Virus record (IMG/VR): IMGVR_UViG_3300033553_000816
Origin: a virus
Lineage: Duplodnaviria; Heunggongvirae; Uroviricota; Caudoviricetes
DNA length: 64,000 nt
Strand: one strand, 5' to 3'
How positions within the stretch are numbered: the stretch's first letter is position 1; every line of letters begins with the position of its first letter. The notes beneath the pieces were generated by a model. That model saw only the letters and a program-made list of their open reading frames with translations. It had not been told where the DNA came from and did not search any database. Shown piece by piece: positions 17,289 to 26,560 of this stretch. The position numbers and the translations under genes are program-made.

Positions 17289-17801
17289 ATGGTGTATGTA
17301 GCTGAAACTTCTAGTTTCGATAAGAGCTCTAATATTTTTGATAATGCCAGGGTTGAAGATTTTGCGGATGTTTTTGGCGCTCAAATAAAGAACAACGCCA
17401 TTGTTTCTGGTTACGCTCAAATTAACTATTCTGGGCTTAAGGATAACTCTAAAGCAAGTGGTTACGCCAGGGTTGACTATTCAGACCTTCTTGAAGATTC
17501 TCAAGTCAGTGACCATTCTAAGATTTGGGGAGCTACTTTAGGTGGGTCAGCAATAATCTACGGTAACGCTGTCATATCAGGAGTTAACGTAAGAGACACC
17601 TCTTGTGTTTTCGGTGACGCTTCCTTGGATGGAGGGCCCTGGGGTAATAACATATTTTTAGCTGGCAGCTGTAAGTTCGGCGGGAAAGCTAACTTCGACG
17701 GGTTAGTAACTTTTGAGGATTTTGTTGTGAAGTACGGTGCTGACAGGGTTAAGCAGTCGGGGGAAGATCTTGTCCTAACTGATGTGTGGGATATGGGATA
17801 G
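17289..17801 (+). CDS. Family A beta-helix-repeat protein
   Basis: GGAGGAG RBS then ATG at 17289 giving MVYVAETSSF...SCKFGGKANFDGLVTFEDFVVKYG...LTDVWDMG. Confidence 0.8.
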   Translation: MVYVAETSSFDKSSNIFDNARVEDFADVFGAQIKNNAIVSGYAQINYSGLKDNSKASGYARVDYSDLLEDSQVSDHSKIWGATLGGSAIIYGNAVISGVNVRDTSCVFGDASLDGGPWGNNIFLAGSCKFGGKANFDGLVTFEDFVVKYGADRVKQSGEDLVLTDVWDMG

Positions 17802-17933
17802 TAGTAGTTTCTCTTCACAGCTGGTTGTCCTCTATAATTTGCGAGCATCTTAATATTATGCTATGATTCTTATGGTAGTAATAAGAGCTTACTGCCATAA
17901 GTAAGTTTAATCTAACACAAAAAGGGACGTTTG

Positions 17934-18395
17934 ATGTTCACTATTATTTTAATAACTTCTTTTTTACTGTACACCCTTATTGATTTTACCCTAGGGGTGC
18001 GAGACAGGAAAACTAAGAGAGCGACAGCTCTTAAAGCAGGTGTGGAATATAAGGTTAATGGTGCACCTAGCTTCATGTATTTCGATTCGGGCTTTATGTA
18101 CACTCTTTTCATGTCACTCTTCGCCGTGGGAGGGTTCACCGTGATGCTGATGTTTATTTCCTTCACTAACGCGCGTGGAGACACCTACACTGTGATGGAG
18201 AATGACGGCACTAAGCTGTCCTGTCAGAAGGTCTTAACGGAAAGGGATTACAGTCCCCTATGGCCTGGTCTTACTAAAGAGAAATATGTCATCCCGGATG
18301 AAGCTAACTGTGTTGTTGTTGAGAAAGCCAGCAAATGCGAAATAGCTGATGACGGTACCGCTATTTGTCGTGCCGGAGCAGATGAGGGCTTCTAG
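17934..18395 (+). CDS. Small membrane protein (2 TM) with Cys-containing soluble domain
   Basis: MFTIILITSFLLYTLIDF... and a second hydrophobic stretch LFMSLFAVGGFTVMLMFISF. RBS AAGGGA. Confidence 0.5.
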   Translation: MFTIILITSFLLYTLIDFTLGVRDRKTKRATALKAGVEYKVNGAPSFMYFDSGFMYTLFMSLFAVGGFTVMLMFISFTNARGDTYTVMENDGTKLSCQKVLTERDYSPLWPGLTKEKYVIPDEANCVVVEKASKCEIADDGTAICRAGADEGF

Positions 18396-18454
18396 GTAAG
18401 TTTTACGTTATTAGAGAAATTTATCTATAGGACATAAACACGGGAGGTCAGTAT

Positions 18455-18976
18455 ATGGGTTTCATTGCTAAGACAGCTGAAGTTGATGATTTATCTGTAA
18501 TCAGTGGCCGCGCGCTCATTAATGAGAACGCCTCTGTAGTATCATCAAAAATAAGTGAAAACGCTGTTATTAGCGGTTCAGCTGTGATTGAAAGATCTGA
18601 TATTAGAGGAGCAGCGAAAGTATCCGGTTCCGCTTGGGTTGTTGATTCGGAAATAATTGATGACGCTATCATTGAAGGTAAAGTTATTATCACCGGATGT
18701 GTAATTTATGATGAAGCTCATATTTATGACGAAGCGCTCCTGTATCATATAACCGTGGAAGGGGCCAGTGTTTTCGGTAACGCAAAATTACGAAACAACA
18801 TGAACCGAAGTCAAACAGAAATAGTCATCTATGACAGCTGTAAGTTCGGTGGTGACGCTAACTTCAACGGTTTACATAACCTGAGAGACTTTGTTAACAA
18901 ATATGGTGAAGATAAAGCCAAAGGCGCGGATGGCGGAAAATACATCCATTTAAGTAACATCTGGGATATGGGTTAA
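18455..18976 (+). CDS. Family A beta-helix-repeat protein
   Basis: GGGAGG RBS. MGFIAKTAEV...SCKFGGDANFNGLHNLRDFVNKYG...LSNIWDMG. Confidence 0.8.
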   Translation: MGFIAKTAEVDDLSVISGRALINENASVVSSKISENAVISGSAVIERSDIRGAAKVSGSAWVVDSEIIDDAIIEGKVIITGCVIYDEAHIYDEALLYHITVEGASVFGNAKLRNNMNRSQTEIVIYDSCKFGGDANFNGLHNLRDFVNKYGEDKAKGADGGKYIHLSNIWDMG

Positions 18977-18980
18977 GACT

Positions 18981-19439
18981 ATGGCTGAAACCGCTTCGAT
19001 TAGAGACTCCTCAGTGGTTAGAGATTCTGGTCGAGTTGAAGGTAATGCAATAATCGCTAACGGTACTGTCGTTGGTGATCAAGCATCAGTAAGCGGGCAC
19101 GCTACTGTTAACTGGTCAGACATTATGGGGCAAACTAAAGTTAGTGGTAATTCGAAAATTACGAACTCTATTTTAACTGGGGCGTGCGAAGTTTACGGTA
19201 ACGCCCGTATGGATGATATCTTTGTTAGAGGAACTTCATGTATTTTCGGGAACGCTAATTTACGTAACCATTCCCGGTCGAGAATTGTGCTAGAAGGAGA
19301 ATGTAAGTTCGGTGGGCATGCTAATTTTGAGGGGTTAGAAAACTATGAAGATTTCGTTAAAAAATATGGTGAAGATAAAATTAAAAGAGTAAACCGGTAC
19401 GGGATTGTTTTAACCGATGTTTGGGATATGGGCGCATAG
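18981..19439 (+). CDS. Family A beta-helix-repeat protein (close paralog of 35270..35752)
   Basis: MAETASIRDS...ECKFGGHANFEGLENYEDFVKKYGEDKIKRVNRYGIVLTDVWDMGA. Confidence 0.8.
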   Translation: MAETASIRDSSVVRDSGRVEGNAIIANGTVVGDQASVSGHATVNWSDIMGQTKVSGNSKITNSILTGACEVYGNARMDDIFVRGTSCIFGNANLRNHSRSRIVLEGECKFGGHANFEGLENYEDFVKKYGEDKIKRVNRYGIVLTDVWDMGA

Positions 19440-19485
19440 CTAAGCGTCGCCTTATCTAAAATGAAAGAGTTGTATTTTCTTCTTA

Positions 19486-19698
19486 TTACCTTGCGGTAAC
19501 CATTCTATCTTCAATTTCATTTTCCTCCTGGAATTCGTTCCAGCCTTCAGCCATGAGTTCAGCTCGGATAAGATCCGGCTCATCCTGACACATCTGTTGG
19601 AAATGTGAGACTTTATGGTCAGCCAGAGCAAGAGCGTAACCGTATTCTCTCGGGTCAGATCTTCTAGCTTCAGGTACAGACATTCTATATTCACTCAT
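19486..19698 (-). CDS. Small acidic hypothetical protein
   Basis: 70-aa ORF. Its start overlaps the stop of the upstream minus-strand gene (ATGA). Confidence 0.4.
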   Translation of the reverse strand: MSEYRMSVPEARRSDPREYGYALALADHKVSHFQQMCQDEPDLIRAELMAEGWNEFQEENEIEDRMVTAR

Positions 19699-19970
19699 TT
19701 TGTTCCTCCGGAAAAAGTCAACTCAGTGGGGCAGGGCCAGGGTCGCTTACAGTCCCTACAGAGCTTAGCGTCGTTATCAGAAGGCCCGTGTCGCCCCCTA
19801 ACGGCTTTAAGGGCTATCTCAGAACGCGGGTAAGGGCTTTCATTATCGTGACGCTCGCGGGCTTCCTCATAGGTAAGCTCCATGTTACCGCTAAGCTGCC
19901 AGTCACAGCCCCTACAGAACCAACCGTCTGCATGCTGTTGACCATAAATACTAATCTCATGGGTTTTCAT
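19695..19970 (-). CDS. Small Cys-rich hypothetical protein (possible Zn-binding)
   Basis: 91-aa ORF with CRGCDW...CRDCKRPWPC. Confidence 0.45.
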   Translation of the reverse strand: MKTHEISIYGQQHADGWFCRGCDWQLSGNMELTYEEARERHDNESPYPRSEIALKAVRGRHGPSDNDAKLCRDCKRPWPCPTELTFSGGTK

Positions 19971-20049
19971 TTTAACCTCCGGGATAGGGGTGACTATTTA
20001 TTATGTATCATATCATGTCAGACAGCAGGTTGACAACTCTATTAGATAA

Positions 20050-20355
20050 CTAACTTCTGTGTTGTAGACGCGCGAGCTTCTGATCTATACGGTTTAGTTC
20101 CTCAGCGTGAACCATAATTGTGGTCCGGTATAGTGCTTTCTGGCGGTCCTCATACGCATCTTGTTTGCGGAGACCTTTGAAGCCGCCATTGGCGAAGAGC
20201 CAGAGGGCCCACAGCGCGCCGAAGCCAGCGGTGATTGTGGAACCAATGAGCAGACCAGATTCGGCGTTGCCGGTGAGGGTTAGTACCACTGAGAGAACGA
20301 GAACGATGCCGACTATGATTGAGAAAACTACGGTTATGGCCTTGAAATCTTTCAC
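20050..20355 (-). CDS. Small membrane protein
   Basis: 101-aa ORF with two hydrophobic helices (ITVVFSIIVGIVLVLSVVLTL ; GFGALWALWLFA). Confidence 0.45.
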   Translation of the reverse strand: MKDFKAITVVFSIIVGIVLVLSVVLTLTGNAESGLLIGSTITAGFGALWALWLFANGGFKGLRKQDAYEDRQKALYRTTIMVHAEELNRIDQKLARLQHRS

Positions 20356-20514
20356 GGGTTACATCCTTAACGGTTGTTTGGTTTGCCCTTATGAGAATAA
20401 GCTTACGGCATTATCCGCGTTTTAGCAACCCGTATGGCATAAATCGTCGTAACTGGATTTTTGTTACAAGTTTTAGGTTAAGAAAGATGCGGGGTCTTCA
20501 GCCGCGCATATGAA

Positions 20515-20919
20515 TTAACCCTGATTGCGAATATATTCGATCACATTCTTCTCGGAAACATCACCAATGGTTGAGCAGAAGTAGCCGTTAGTCCATAATA
20601 TTTGTTTGTTTTTCCAATAGAAGTTTTGTAGATGCGCCGCTTCACGTTCCCATATGTAATGTGTGGTGAGTTGCTTCATCCTACGTACTACTTGCTCAAT
20701 GGAGAGAGTAGGTTTGAATGTAATAAGTAAGTGGATGTGGTCTTTATCTGTGTTCATTTCAATTATTTTAAAATCAGATTTTCCTTCAGCGACTCTGAAA
20801 GCATCCAGAACAACCTGCTCAATACCTATGAGTGCTTTTTTGCGGTATTTCGTTGAGAAGATAATATGGTAACGTAAACTTGTTTTCGCATGGGCGATAG
20901 ATTTATATTCATGAGTCAT
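20515..20919 (-). CDS. tnpA: IS200/IS605 family transposase TnpA (Y1 HuH)
   Basis: 134 aa, MTHEYKSIAHAKTSLRYHIIFSTKYRKK...HIHLLI. The HuH motif and size are typical of IS200-like TnpA. Confidence 0.85.
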   Translation of the reverse strand: MTHEYKSIAHAKTSLRYHIIFSTKYRKKALIGIEQVVLDAFRVAEGKSDFKIIEMNTDKDHIHLLITFKPTLSIEQVVRRMKQLTTHYIWEREAAHLQNFYWKNKQILWTNGYFCSTIGDVSEKNVIEYIRNQG

Positions 20920-20973
20920 GTGTCATCACCGTTTTCTACCGATATAGTTAACTAGCATATCGGACAAGGGGCG

Positions 20974-22206
20974 GTGTTAACTATGGGTAATAAAAATGCT
21001 CGTATTGCTGCTACTATGCGCGCTACACAAGTGCGCCGCCAGTCCCAATCTTGTCGTGTTTTTCAATTAAAGATCCAATCGAACTCTTTGAATCAGCAAC
21101 AGCAAGTGGCGTTGAAAATGCTTTTTGTGGAAGCTAAATGGTTATATAATCATGCCCTATCCCAAGGTATCACTAAATATGTGCCTGGTAAAACCGTGGA
21201 AGTGAGAAATAAAGAAGGCAAGTTCGAGACCCGCGATCTTACTGTTATTGGTTCACAGATGAAGCAATCTGTCCTCGCAAACATGCATTCAAGTCTCCGT
21301 GGCCTCGCTTCACACAAAAAAGCTGGTAGGCGAGTTGGTTCGCTCAAATATATTTCCCAATACACTTCAGTTGATTTGAAACAATATGGGACCACATATC
21401 GCATCAACAAGAACCGTGTGCGTATCCAAAACATCCCAGGTTGGGTAAAAACACGTGGTTTACACCAATTAGAAGGTTGGGAACTCGCAAACGCTAAACT
21501 TATGAAGAAACCAGATGGTTACTATTTACATGTGACAGCTTTCAAAAACAAAAATGACATCCCAAATACTTTCATACCAGGTACAAAGATAGGGCTAGAT
21601 ATGGGATTAACTACTCACATCACATTGAGTGATGGGACAAAGATTTCCGCAACAGTTGGAGAAACTGACCGTTTAAAACGCTTACAGAAGAAACTCAGTA
21701 AGCAAATTAAAGGGTCAAACAATTATTTGCGGACGCGAACGCTACTACAGCGGGAGCAGCAGAAAAACACCAACCGAAGAAACGATAAAGCCAACAAGGT
21801 AGTGCATGACATCCTCTTAAACGAGCGAATATATATGCAAGATGAAAACCTTATCAGCTGGCGCAAAACCTTCGGCGGCACAAAACAACACGGGTCCATT
21901 CTTGGTCGTGTGAAAAACAAACTCATCAACCATGACAGAGTAACAGTGTTACGAAAAAACTCACCAACCACAAAAATGTGCGAGTGTGGACGTAAAAACA
22001 CTCATTCTTTAAAAGAACGCACCTACTCATGTGCTTGTGGTTATACATTAGACCGTGACATACATGCGGCTCGAAACATGGTGAGGTTATCAATACCTGT
22101 GGAACGCAGGGAATCAACGCTTGTGGAGAACGAGTCAGACTGGTTAGCGCTCAGCGCGAAACAGCGTCGTTCATTGAAACAAGAAGCGTCTAGTTCTTTA
22201 GACTAG
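20974..22206 (+). CDS. tnpB: TnpB (OrfB) RNA-guided endonuclease-family protein
   Basis: 410 aa. RuvC-I IGLDMGL, C-terminal zinc finger CECGRKNTHSLKERTYSCACGYTLDRDIHAARNM (CxxC...CxxC plus RuvC-III). Confidence 0.85.
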   Translation: MLTMGNKNARIAATMRATQVRRQSQSCRVFQLKIQSNSLNQQQQVALKMLFVEAKWLYNHALSQGITKYVPGKTVEVRNKEGKFETRDLTVIGSQMKQSVLANMHSSLRGLASHKKAGRRVGSLKYISQYTSVDLKQYGTTYRINKNRVRIQNIPGWVKTRGLHQLEGWELANAKLMKKPDGYYLHVTAFKNKNDIPNTFIPGTKIGLDMGLTTHITLSDGTKISATVGETDRLKRLQKKLSKQIKGSNNYLRTRTLLQREQQKNTNRRNDKANKVVHDILLNERIYMQDENLISWRKTFGGTKQHGSILGRVKNKLINHDRVTVLRKNSPTTKMCECGRKNTHSLKERTYSCACGYTLDRDIHAARNMVRLSIPVERRESTLVENESDWLALSAKQRRSLKQEASSSLD

Positions 22207-22265
22207 ACGTAGTTCACTGAACGTGCTATCATATATTGTAGGACTAGAGTGAGGTGAAACTGCTG

Positions 22266-22877
22266 ATGGTTTTTATAGCTAAGACCGCTGATGTGGATAG
22301 TCGCGCTCGCATAGAAGAAGATGCGCGAGTTGAGGGGTACGCTACTATTCTTGTCGGAACTGTTCTTGAGGGCTCAGCTGTTGTTAAAGATGACGCTGAG
22401 GTTAGTTGGGTTGCTATGTCTGGTTCAGCTAGAGTCGAAGGTTCCAGTAAAATAGATGGAGGGACTGTTGTGGGCTCCGCACGTGTGAGCGGCAGCGCAA
22501 TCGTTATTTACTCCGATTTACGAGACTCAATTATTATTGAAGGTAAAGCTTCAGCTATTACCTCTGAAATGAGTGGTAATGCGCGGGTTAGCGGTAACGC
22601 TCGAATTGAAAATACTTCTGTGAGAAATTCCTCTGAAATTTATGGTGACGCTGAGCTGAACAACATCGAAGTTAACGACAGCTCACGCATTTTCGGTAAC
22701 GCCCGACTGGTGAGCGTGGTGGACTATGTTTACCTTAAGGGTAATTGTAAGTTCGGCGGTAACGCTAATTTCGATAATCTATTTAATTTTGAGGATTTTG
22801 TAGCGAAGTATGGCGCAGATAAAGTTAGTCGTTACAAATATGGTTTCGTTCTTACTGATGTTTGGGATATGGGGTAA
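22266..22877 (+). CDS. Family A beta-helix-repeat protein
   Basis: GAGGTGA RBS then ATG at 22266 giving MVFIAKTADV...NCKFGGNANFDNLFNFEDFVAKYG...LTDVWDMG. Confidence 0.8.
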   Translation: MVFIAKTADVDSRARIEEDARVEGYATILVGTVLEGSAVVKDDAEVSWVAMSGSARVEGSSKIDGGTVVGSARVSGSAIVIYSDLRDSIIIEGKASAITSEMSGNARVSGNARIENTSVRNSSEIYGDAELNNIEVNDSSRIFGNARLVSVVDYVYLKGNCKFGGNANFDNLFNFEDFVAKYGADKVSRYKYGFVLTDVWDMG

Positions 22878-22881
22878 AGAT

Positions 22882-23452
22882 ATGGTTTCTGTTGCTGACA
22901 CAGCTACCGTGGATACCACAAGTGTATTGAGTGGTTTAGCGCGAGTTGAGGATTATGCTAAAGTCTCAGAAAGTCATGTGGTGCAATTCGCTGTTGCTCG
23001 CGGTTCAGCTTCAGTCAAAAACTCCTCCCTGCGAGGCCATGCTGTGGTCTCCGGCTCATGCTCCCTTGAAGGTTCATCCATCCGAGGGGGGAGCCACTGT
23101 TGAGGGCGCAGCTGTTCTTTATTATGTGATCATGACAGATGAAGCGTATGCTGGTGAAAAGTGTACTGTTCGTAAATCTACTTTAAGGGGTGAAGCTAGG
23201 GTGTATGGCCAGGCTTACATATCTGATATAAAAGTTTATAACAACTGTCATATTTTCGGTAAAGCAAACTTACGTAATCATTTAGTTTCTGGTTTTAATA
23301 TCTCCTTAAGGGGTGAATGTAAGTTCGGAGGGGCAGCTAACTTCGAAGGGTTGAAAACTTTTGGTGACTTCATAAAGAAGTACGGTTCAGATAAAGTGCA
23401 TGTCGTAGATACCCAGAGAGTTGTTTTGACTGACGTTTGGGATATGGGGTAA
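22882..23452 (+). pseudogene. Family A member split by a +1 frameshift in a G6 homopolymer (23086-23091)
   Basis: ATG at 22882 giving MVSVADTATV...EGSSIRGGSHC* (stop at 23103). The C-terminal part continues in the +1 frame (...GGATVEGAAV...ECKFGGAANFEGLKTFGDFIKKYG...LTDVWDMG). Removing one G restores a contiguous protein. Confidence 0.6.
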
Positions 23453-23454
23453 AA

Positions 23455-24207
23455 ATGGGTTACGGCGGTACGTTCGATAATGAAGGTAACTTATTTACTG
23501 ACAGTATCGTGAAAACAGCGCATGTTGATGATAGTTGTTTCATGTCGGACTCTAAAGTCCTGGATAACGCAACGGTTAAAGGTGCCGTAAGGGTGGAGAA
23601 GTCTAATTTACGAGATAACACTGTTGTTTCCGGCAGAGCCCTAATCAAAATTTCTACGCTAACCGGGGCCACTCAAGTCTCAGGTGATTGTTTAGTGGAA
23701 GAATCTTTCTTACGTAACTATTCGAAAGTTGAAGATAAAGCACAGGTCATTCAGTCTTCTTTGTTCAGCGATGTTTCTGTTTCCGGTAACTCTCAGGTAA
23801 CTAACTCTGAGCTGCTGGGTTCTAATGTATTCGTTAAAGATAACGCTAAAGTAATGATGAGTTCCTCATACGGGAATAACGTTTCCATTTCAGATTCCGC
23901 TGTAGTTTCCCAGTGTGTTATTAGCGAAAGTTATGTTAAAATTTATGGTTCAGCGGAGCTTCACAGAGTAAATGTTAAAGGGGTTTGTCATATTTTTGGT
24001 AACGCTGTGGTGTCGCTAAATATAGGTAAAGACACCTATATATCCTTAGTGGGTGACTGTAAGTTCGGTGGGGGCGCTCGGTTAGATTTATTCACCACTG
24101 TTGAAGAGATCATTGAACGTTACGGTAAAGAAAAAGTTAAAACGTCAGAAGAGGGTAGAAGTAAAACTTTGGTAGTGACTTTAACAGATGTTTGGGATAT
24201 GGGGTAA
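23455..24207 (+). CDS. Family A beta-helix-repeat protein (long variant)
   Basis: ATG at 23455 giving MGYGGTFDNEGNLFTDSIVKTAHV...DCKFGGGARLDLFTTVEEIIERYG...LTDVWDMG. Confidence 0.75.
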   Translation: MGYGGTFDNEGNLFTDSIVKTAHVDDSCFMSDSKVLDNATVKGAVRVEKSNLRDNTVVSGRALIKISTLTGATQVSGDCLVEESFLRNYSKVEDKAQVIQSSLFSDVSVSGNSQVTNSELLGSNVFVKDNAKVMMSSSYGNNVSISDSAVVSQCVISESYVKIYGSAELHRVNVKGVCHIFGNAVVSLNIGKDTYISLVGDCKFGGGARLDLFTTVEEIIERYGKEKVKTSEEGRSKTLVVTLTDVWDMG

Positions 24208-24209
24208 AC

Positions 24210-24851
24210 ATGGCTTACATAGCAGATACCGCTTGTGTTGATGATATGACAACTTTACATGGTGATAAAATTCGTGTTGAAGATTATGCGCGTTTAGAGA
24301 GCTGTAATGTAGAAGGTTCCGTAGTTGTTGAAGACCACGCTCATCTGGTTGGCGTTAAACTCCAGCAGCGCGCTTATGTCTCAGAGCGAACTACGGTTGT
24401 TCGGGGTGTGATATTAGGTGAAGCTAAGGTTCGTGGTTATTCTCGCATCAAGGACTGTATTATCGCAGATGAAGCTACAGTTGAAGGTAGCTCTGTTTTG
24501 GAGAACAGTAGCGTTGAGGGGTTTTCTCGCGTATCTGGTAATGCCAAAGTAACGGGTTCTACTGTTGACGGGAATGTACATATTTTTGAGAACGCTACAG
24601 TATTGAATATAAGTGTTTTTGGTGACGCACATATTTTCGGGAAAGCAAAATTAGAATGCCCTAAAATATTATTAGGTAGGTTCGATAGCCTACAGTTCCG
24701 GGTATCTATTAGAGGAGGTAAGTTCAGTGGTAACGCTAACTTTGATGGCCTCAAAACGCAAACAGATTTTGTTAACAAATACGGTAAAGATAAGGTAACT
24801 ATAAGCGATCAGGGTAACGTAACGTTAACTGACGTATGGGACATAGGATGA
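24210..24851 (+). CDS. Family A beta-helix-repeat protein
   Basis: ATG at 24210 giving MAYIADTACV...KFSGNANFDGLKTQTDFVNKYG...LTDVWDIG. Confidence 0.8.
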   Translation: MAYIADTACVDDMTTLHGDKIRVEDYARLESCNVEGSVVVEDHAHLVGVKLQQRAYVSERTTVVRGVILGEAKVRGYSRIKDCIIADEATVEGSSVLENSSVEGFSRVSGNAKVTGSTVDGNVHIFENATVLNISVFGDAHIFGKAKLECPKILLGRFDSLQFRVSIRGGKFSGNANFDGLKTQTDFVNKYGKDKVTISDQGNVTLTDVWDIG

Positions 24852-24933
24852 TGCTTTCAACCGGTTTAACTCACCGTAGTTCGTTAGAGCATACTATACC
24901 CTTATTACATAACACCAAGGAAGGTACAATGCA

Positions 24934-25620
24934 ATGGCTTTTGTAACCAGCTCCCCTCTAATCAACTCGGAATTCAAAGTTGAATTAGTTGAACATGGTA
25001 AGGAAACGTATGTAGGTCCCGACGCTAAGGTGGTTGGAACTAACTTATTCGGTAAAGCCCGCGTTGAGGACAGCGCTTGGGTTTTTGATTCAGAAATTTT
25101 CGATAATGCTGTTATCAAAGAAGACGCTGTTGCTGAAAAATCTATGCTTCACGACTCTGTTATCATTTCAGGGTGGGCCGAGTTATCTTTAGTCGAGGCG
25201 ACAGGGTTTGTAAAAGTTAACGGGAACGCTAAAATCATCAAATCCCATCTTTGGAATAACGCACAGGTAGAAGACTACGCTTTAGTTAAATCGTCTATCA
25301 TACAAGGCAACGCACATTTGAGTGGAAAATCAAAAATTATACACGGTGGGGTTAGTGGTAACGGGAGGATCTACGATCAAGGTACCGCGAATGCTGTGAT
25401 TGTTACTGATGACAGCTGTGTTTTCGGGCATGCTAATCTTGAAGGTAACATTATTGCCGGAAAACAAGTTGTTTTAACTGGTAACTGTAAGTTCGGCGGG
25501 ACAGCTTCTTTCGAGGGGATAGCGAACCTGGACGATTTTATCTACAAATACGGTAAAGATCATGTTGAGATGGTAAAGAACAATATTTTCCTCAAAGACG
25601 TGTGGGACATGGGCTCTTAA
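24934..25620 (+). CDS. Family A beta-helix-repeat protein
   Basis: MAFVTSSPLI...NCKFGGTASFEGIANLDDFIYKYG...LKDVWDMGS. Confidence 0.75.
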   Translation: MAFVTSSPLINSEFKVELVEHGKETYVGPDAKVVGTNLFGKARVEDSAWVFDSEIFDNAVIKEDAVAEKSMLHDSVIISGWAELSLVEATGFVKVNGNAKIIKSHLWNNAQVEDYALVKSSIIQGNAHLSGKSKIIHGGVSGNGRIYDQGTANAVIVTDDSCVFGHANLEGNIIAGKQVVLTGNCKFGGTASFEGIANLDDFIYKYGKDHVEMVKNNIFLKDVWDMGS

Positions 25621-25702
25621 CCAATAAAGGCCACCTTCAAAAGTTGCTTCTGCTTGAATGTCATGATATAATTATAAGATATATATTATTTTAGGAGTAA
25701 AC

Positions 25703-26041
25703 GTGACTGATAGTTCTGGATTACATAGGCAGCAAGCCCTGACGGAGATAAGTGAAGTGATTTATAATGCTTCAGATAACGACGAGGGGACTCACAACGT
25801 GAAGCTAAGCGAAGCTCGGGTATATGCTCACCATGTCCTTGATGCCGGTTACAGGAAACCCTCTCCTCATGTTGTTAACAGTATAGGTGAACTAAAAGAC
25901 TATATGACTATTCTCCCCCACGGTTCGATGCGGCCCCTCTGGTTTTATCGAGGTGAACTTTTTCTTCCCGGTGTGTATGAAGCTGTTCCCGCTGGTCGAA
26001 CAACTTTCCCAGCGACAGTTCTCACTGACGGTAGCCGTTAA
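25703..26041 (+). CDS. Hypothetical protein
   Basis: 112-aa ORF with a GTG start and a GGAG RBS just upstream. No family A/B motifs. Confidence 0.4.
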   Translation: MTDSSGLHRQQALTEISEVIYNASDNDEGTHNVKLSEARVYAHHVLDAGYRKPSPHVVNSIGELKDYMTILPHGSMRPLWFYRGELFLPGVYEAVPAGRTTFPATVLTDGSR

Positions 26042-26078
26042 GACCAGCTTCTATCTGAAAAACATGAGGTAGTTTCAT

Positions 26079-26552
26079 ATGGATTATTCAAAAGACCTTT
26101 CCGGTTCACCCCAGGGCGATAAAAACCAGATTATAGGTAAAGACGCTCAGGTTGAGTATTCCGCTAAGATTGAGAGATCCATAATAAGAGGGTGCGCTCA
26201 TATTGGAGGTAAAGCACAAATTGAATCTTCTTTAATCACCGATAACTGTTCTGTTCTGGATGCGGCTATTGTGATTGAATCTGAGTTGCGTGGCTTCTCA
26301 AAAGTTTATGATAAAGCTTTCATATATGGCATATGGATGGAAGATAACTCATGTGTTTTCGGGGATGCTTATTTGGTAGCTGCTTTCACCGATGAAATGT
26401 TCATTACGCTTAAAGGTGGTTGTAAGTTCGGCGGGTCAGCTACTTTCGAAGGGTTAAATACTTTTGATGACTTCGTTAGGAAGTATGGTGAAGATAAAGT
26501 TGCCCTAGTCGAAGGTGAAATTGTTTTAACTGATGTGTGGGATATGGGGTAA
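26079..26552 (+). CDS. Family A beta-helix-repeat protein
   Basis: GAGGT RBS. MDYSKDL...GCKFGGSATFEGLNTFDDFVRKYG...LTDVWDMG. Confidence 0.8.
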   Translation: MDYSKDLSGSPQGDKNQIIGKDAQVEYSAKIERSIIRGCAHIGGKAQIESSLITDNCSVLDAAIVIESELRGFSKVYDKAFIYGIWMEDNSCVFGDAYLVAAFTDEMFITLKGGCKFGGSATFEGLNTFDDFVRKYGEDKVALVEGEIVLTDVWDMG

Positions 26553-26560
26553 CTAGAAAT

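Larger units (their letters stand above)
20470..22250. mobile_element. IS200/IS605-family insertion sequence (divergent tnpA and tnpB)
   Basis: Y1 HuH transposase plus TnpB in divergent orientation. Subterminal imperfect hairpins at 20486-20508 (ATGCGGGG-tcttcag-CCGCGCAT) and at about 22215-22226 (GTTCA-c-TGAAC). Boundaries are approximate. Confidence 0.6.

Noticed and set aside
21150-22117. Minus-strand ORFs inside tnpB (21150..21434, 21723..22001, 21926..22117) and plus ORF 20663..20872 inside tnpA
   Set aside because: Antisense to conserved transposase genes.
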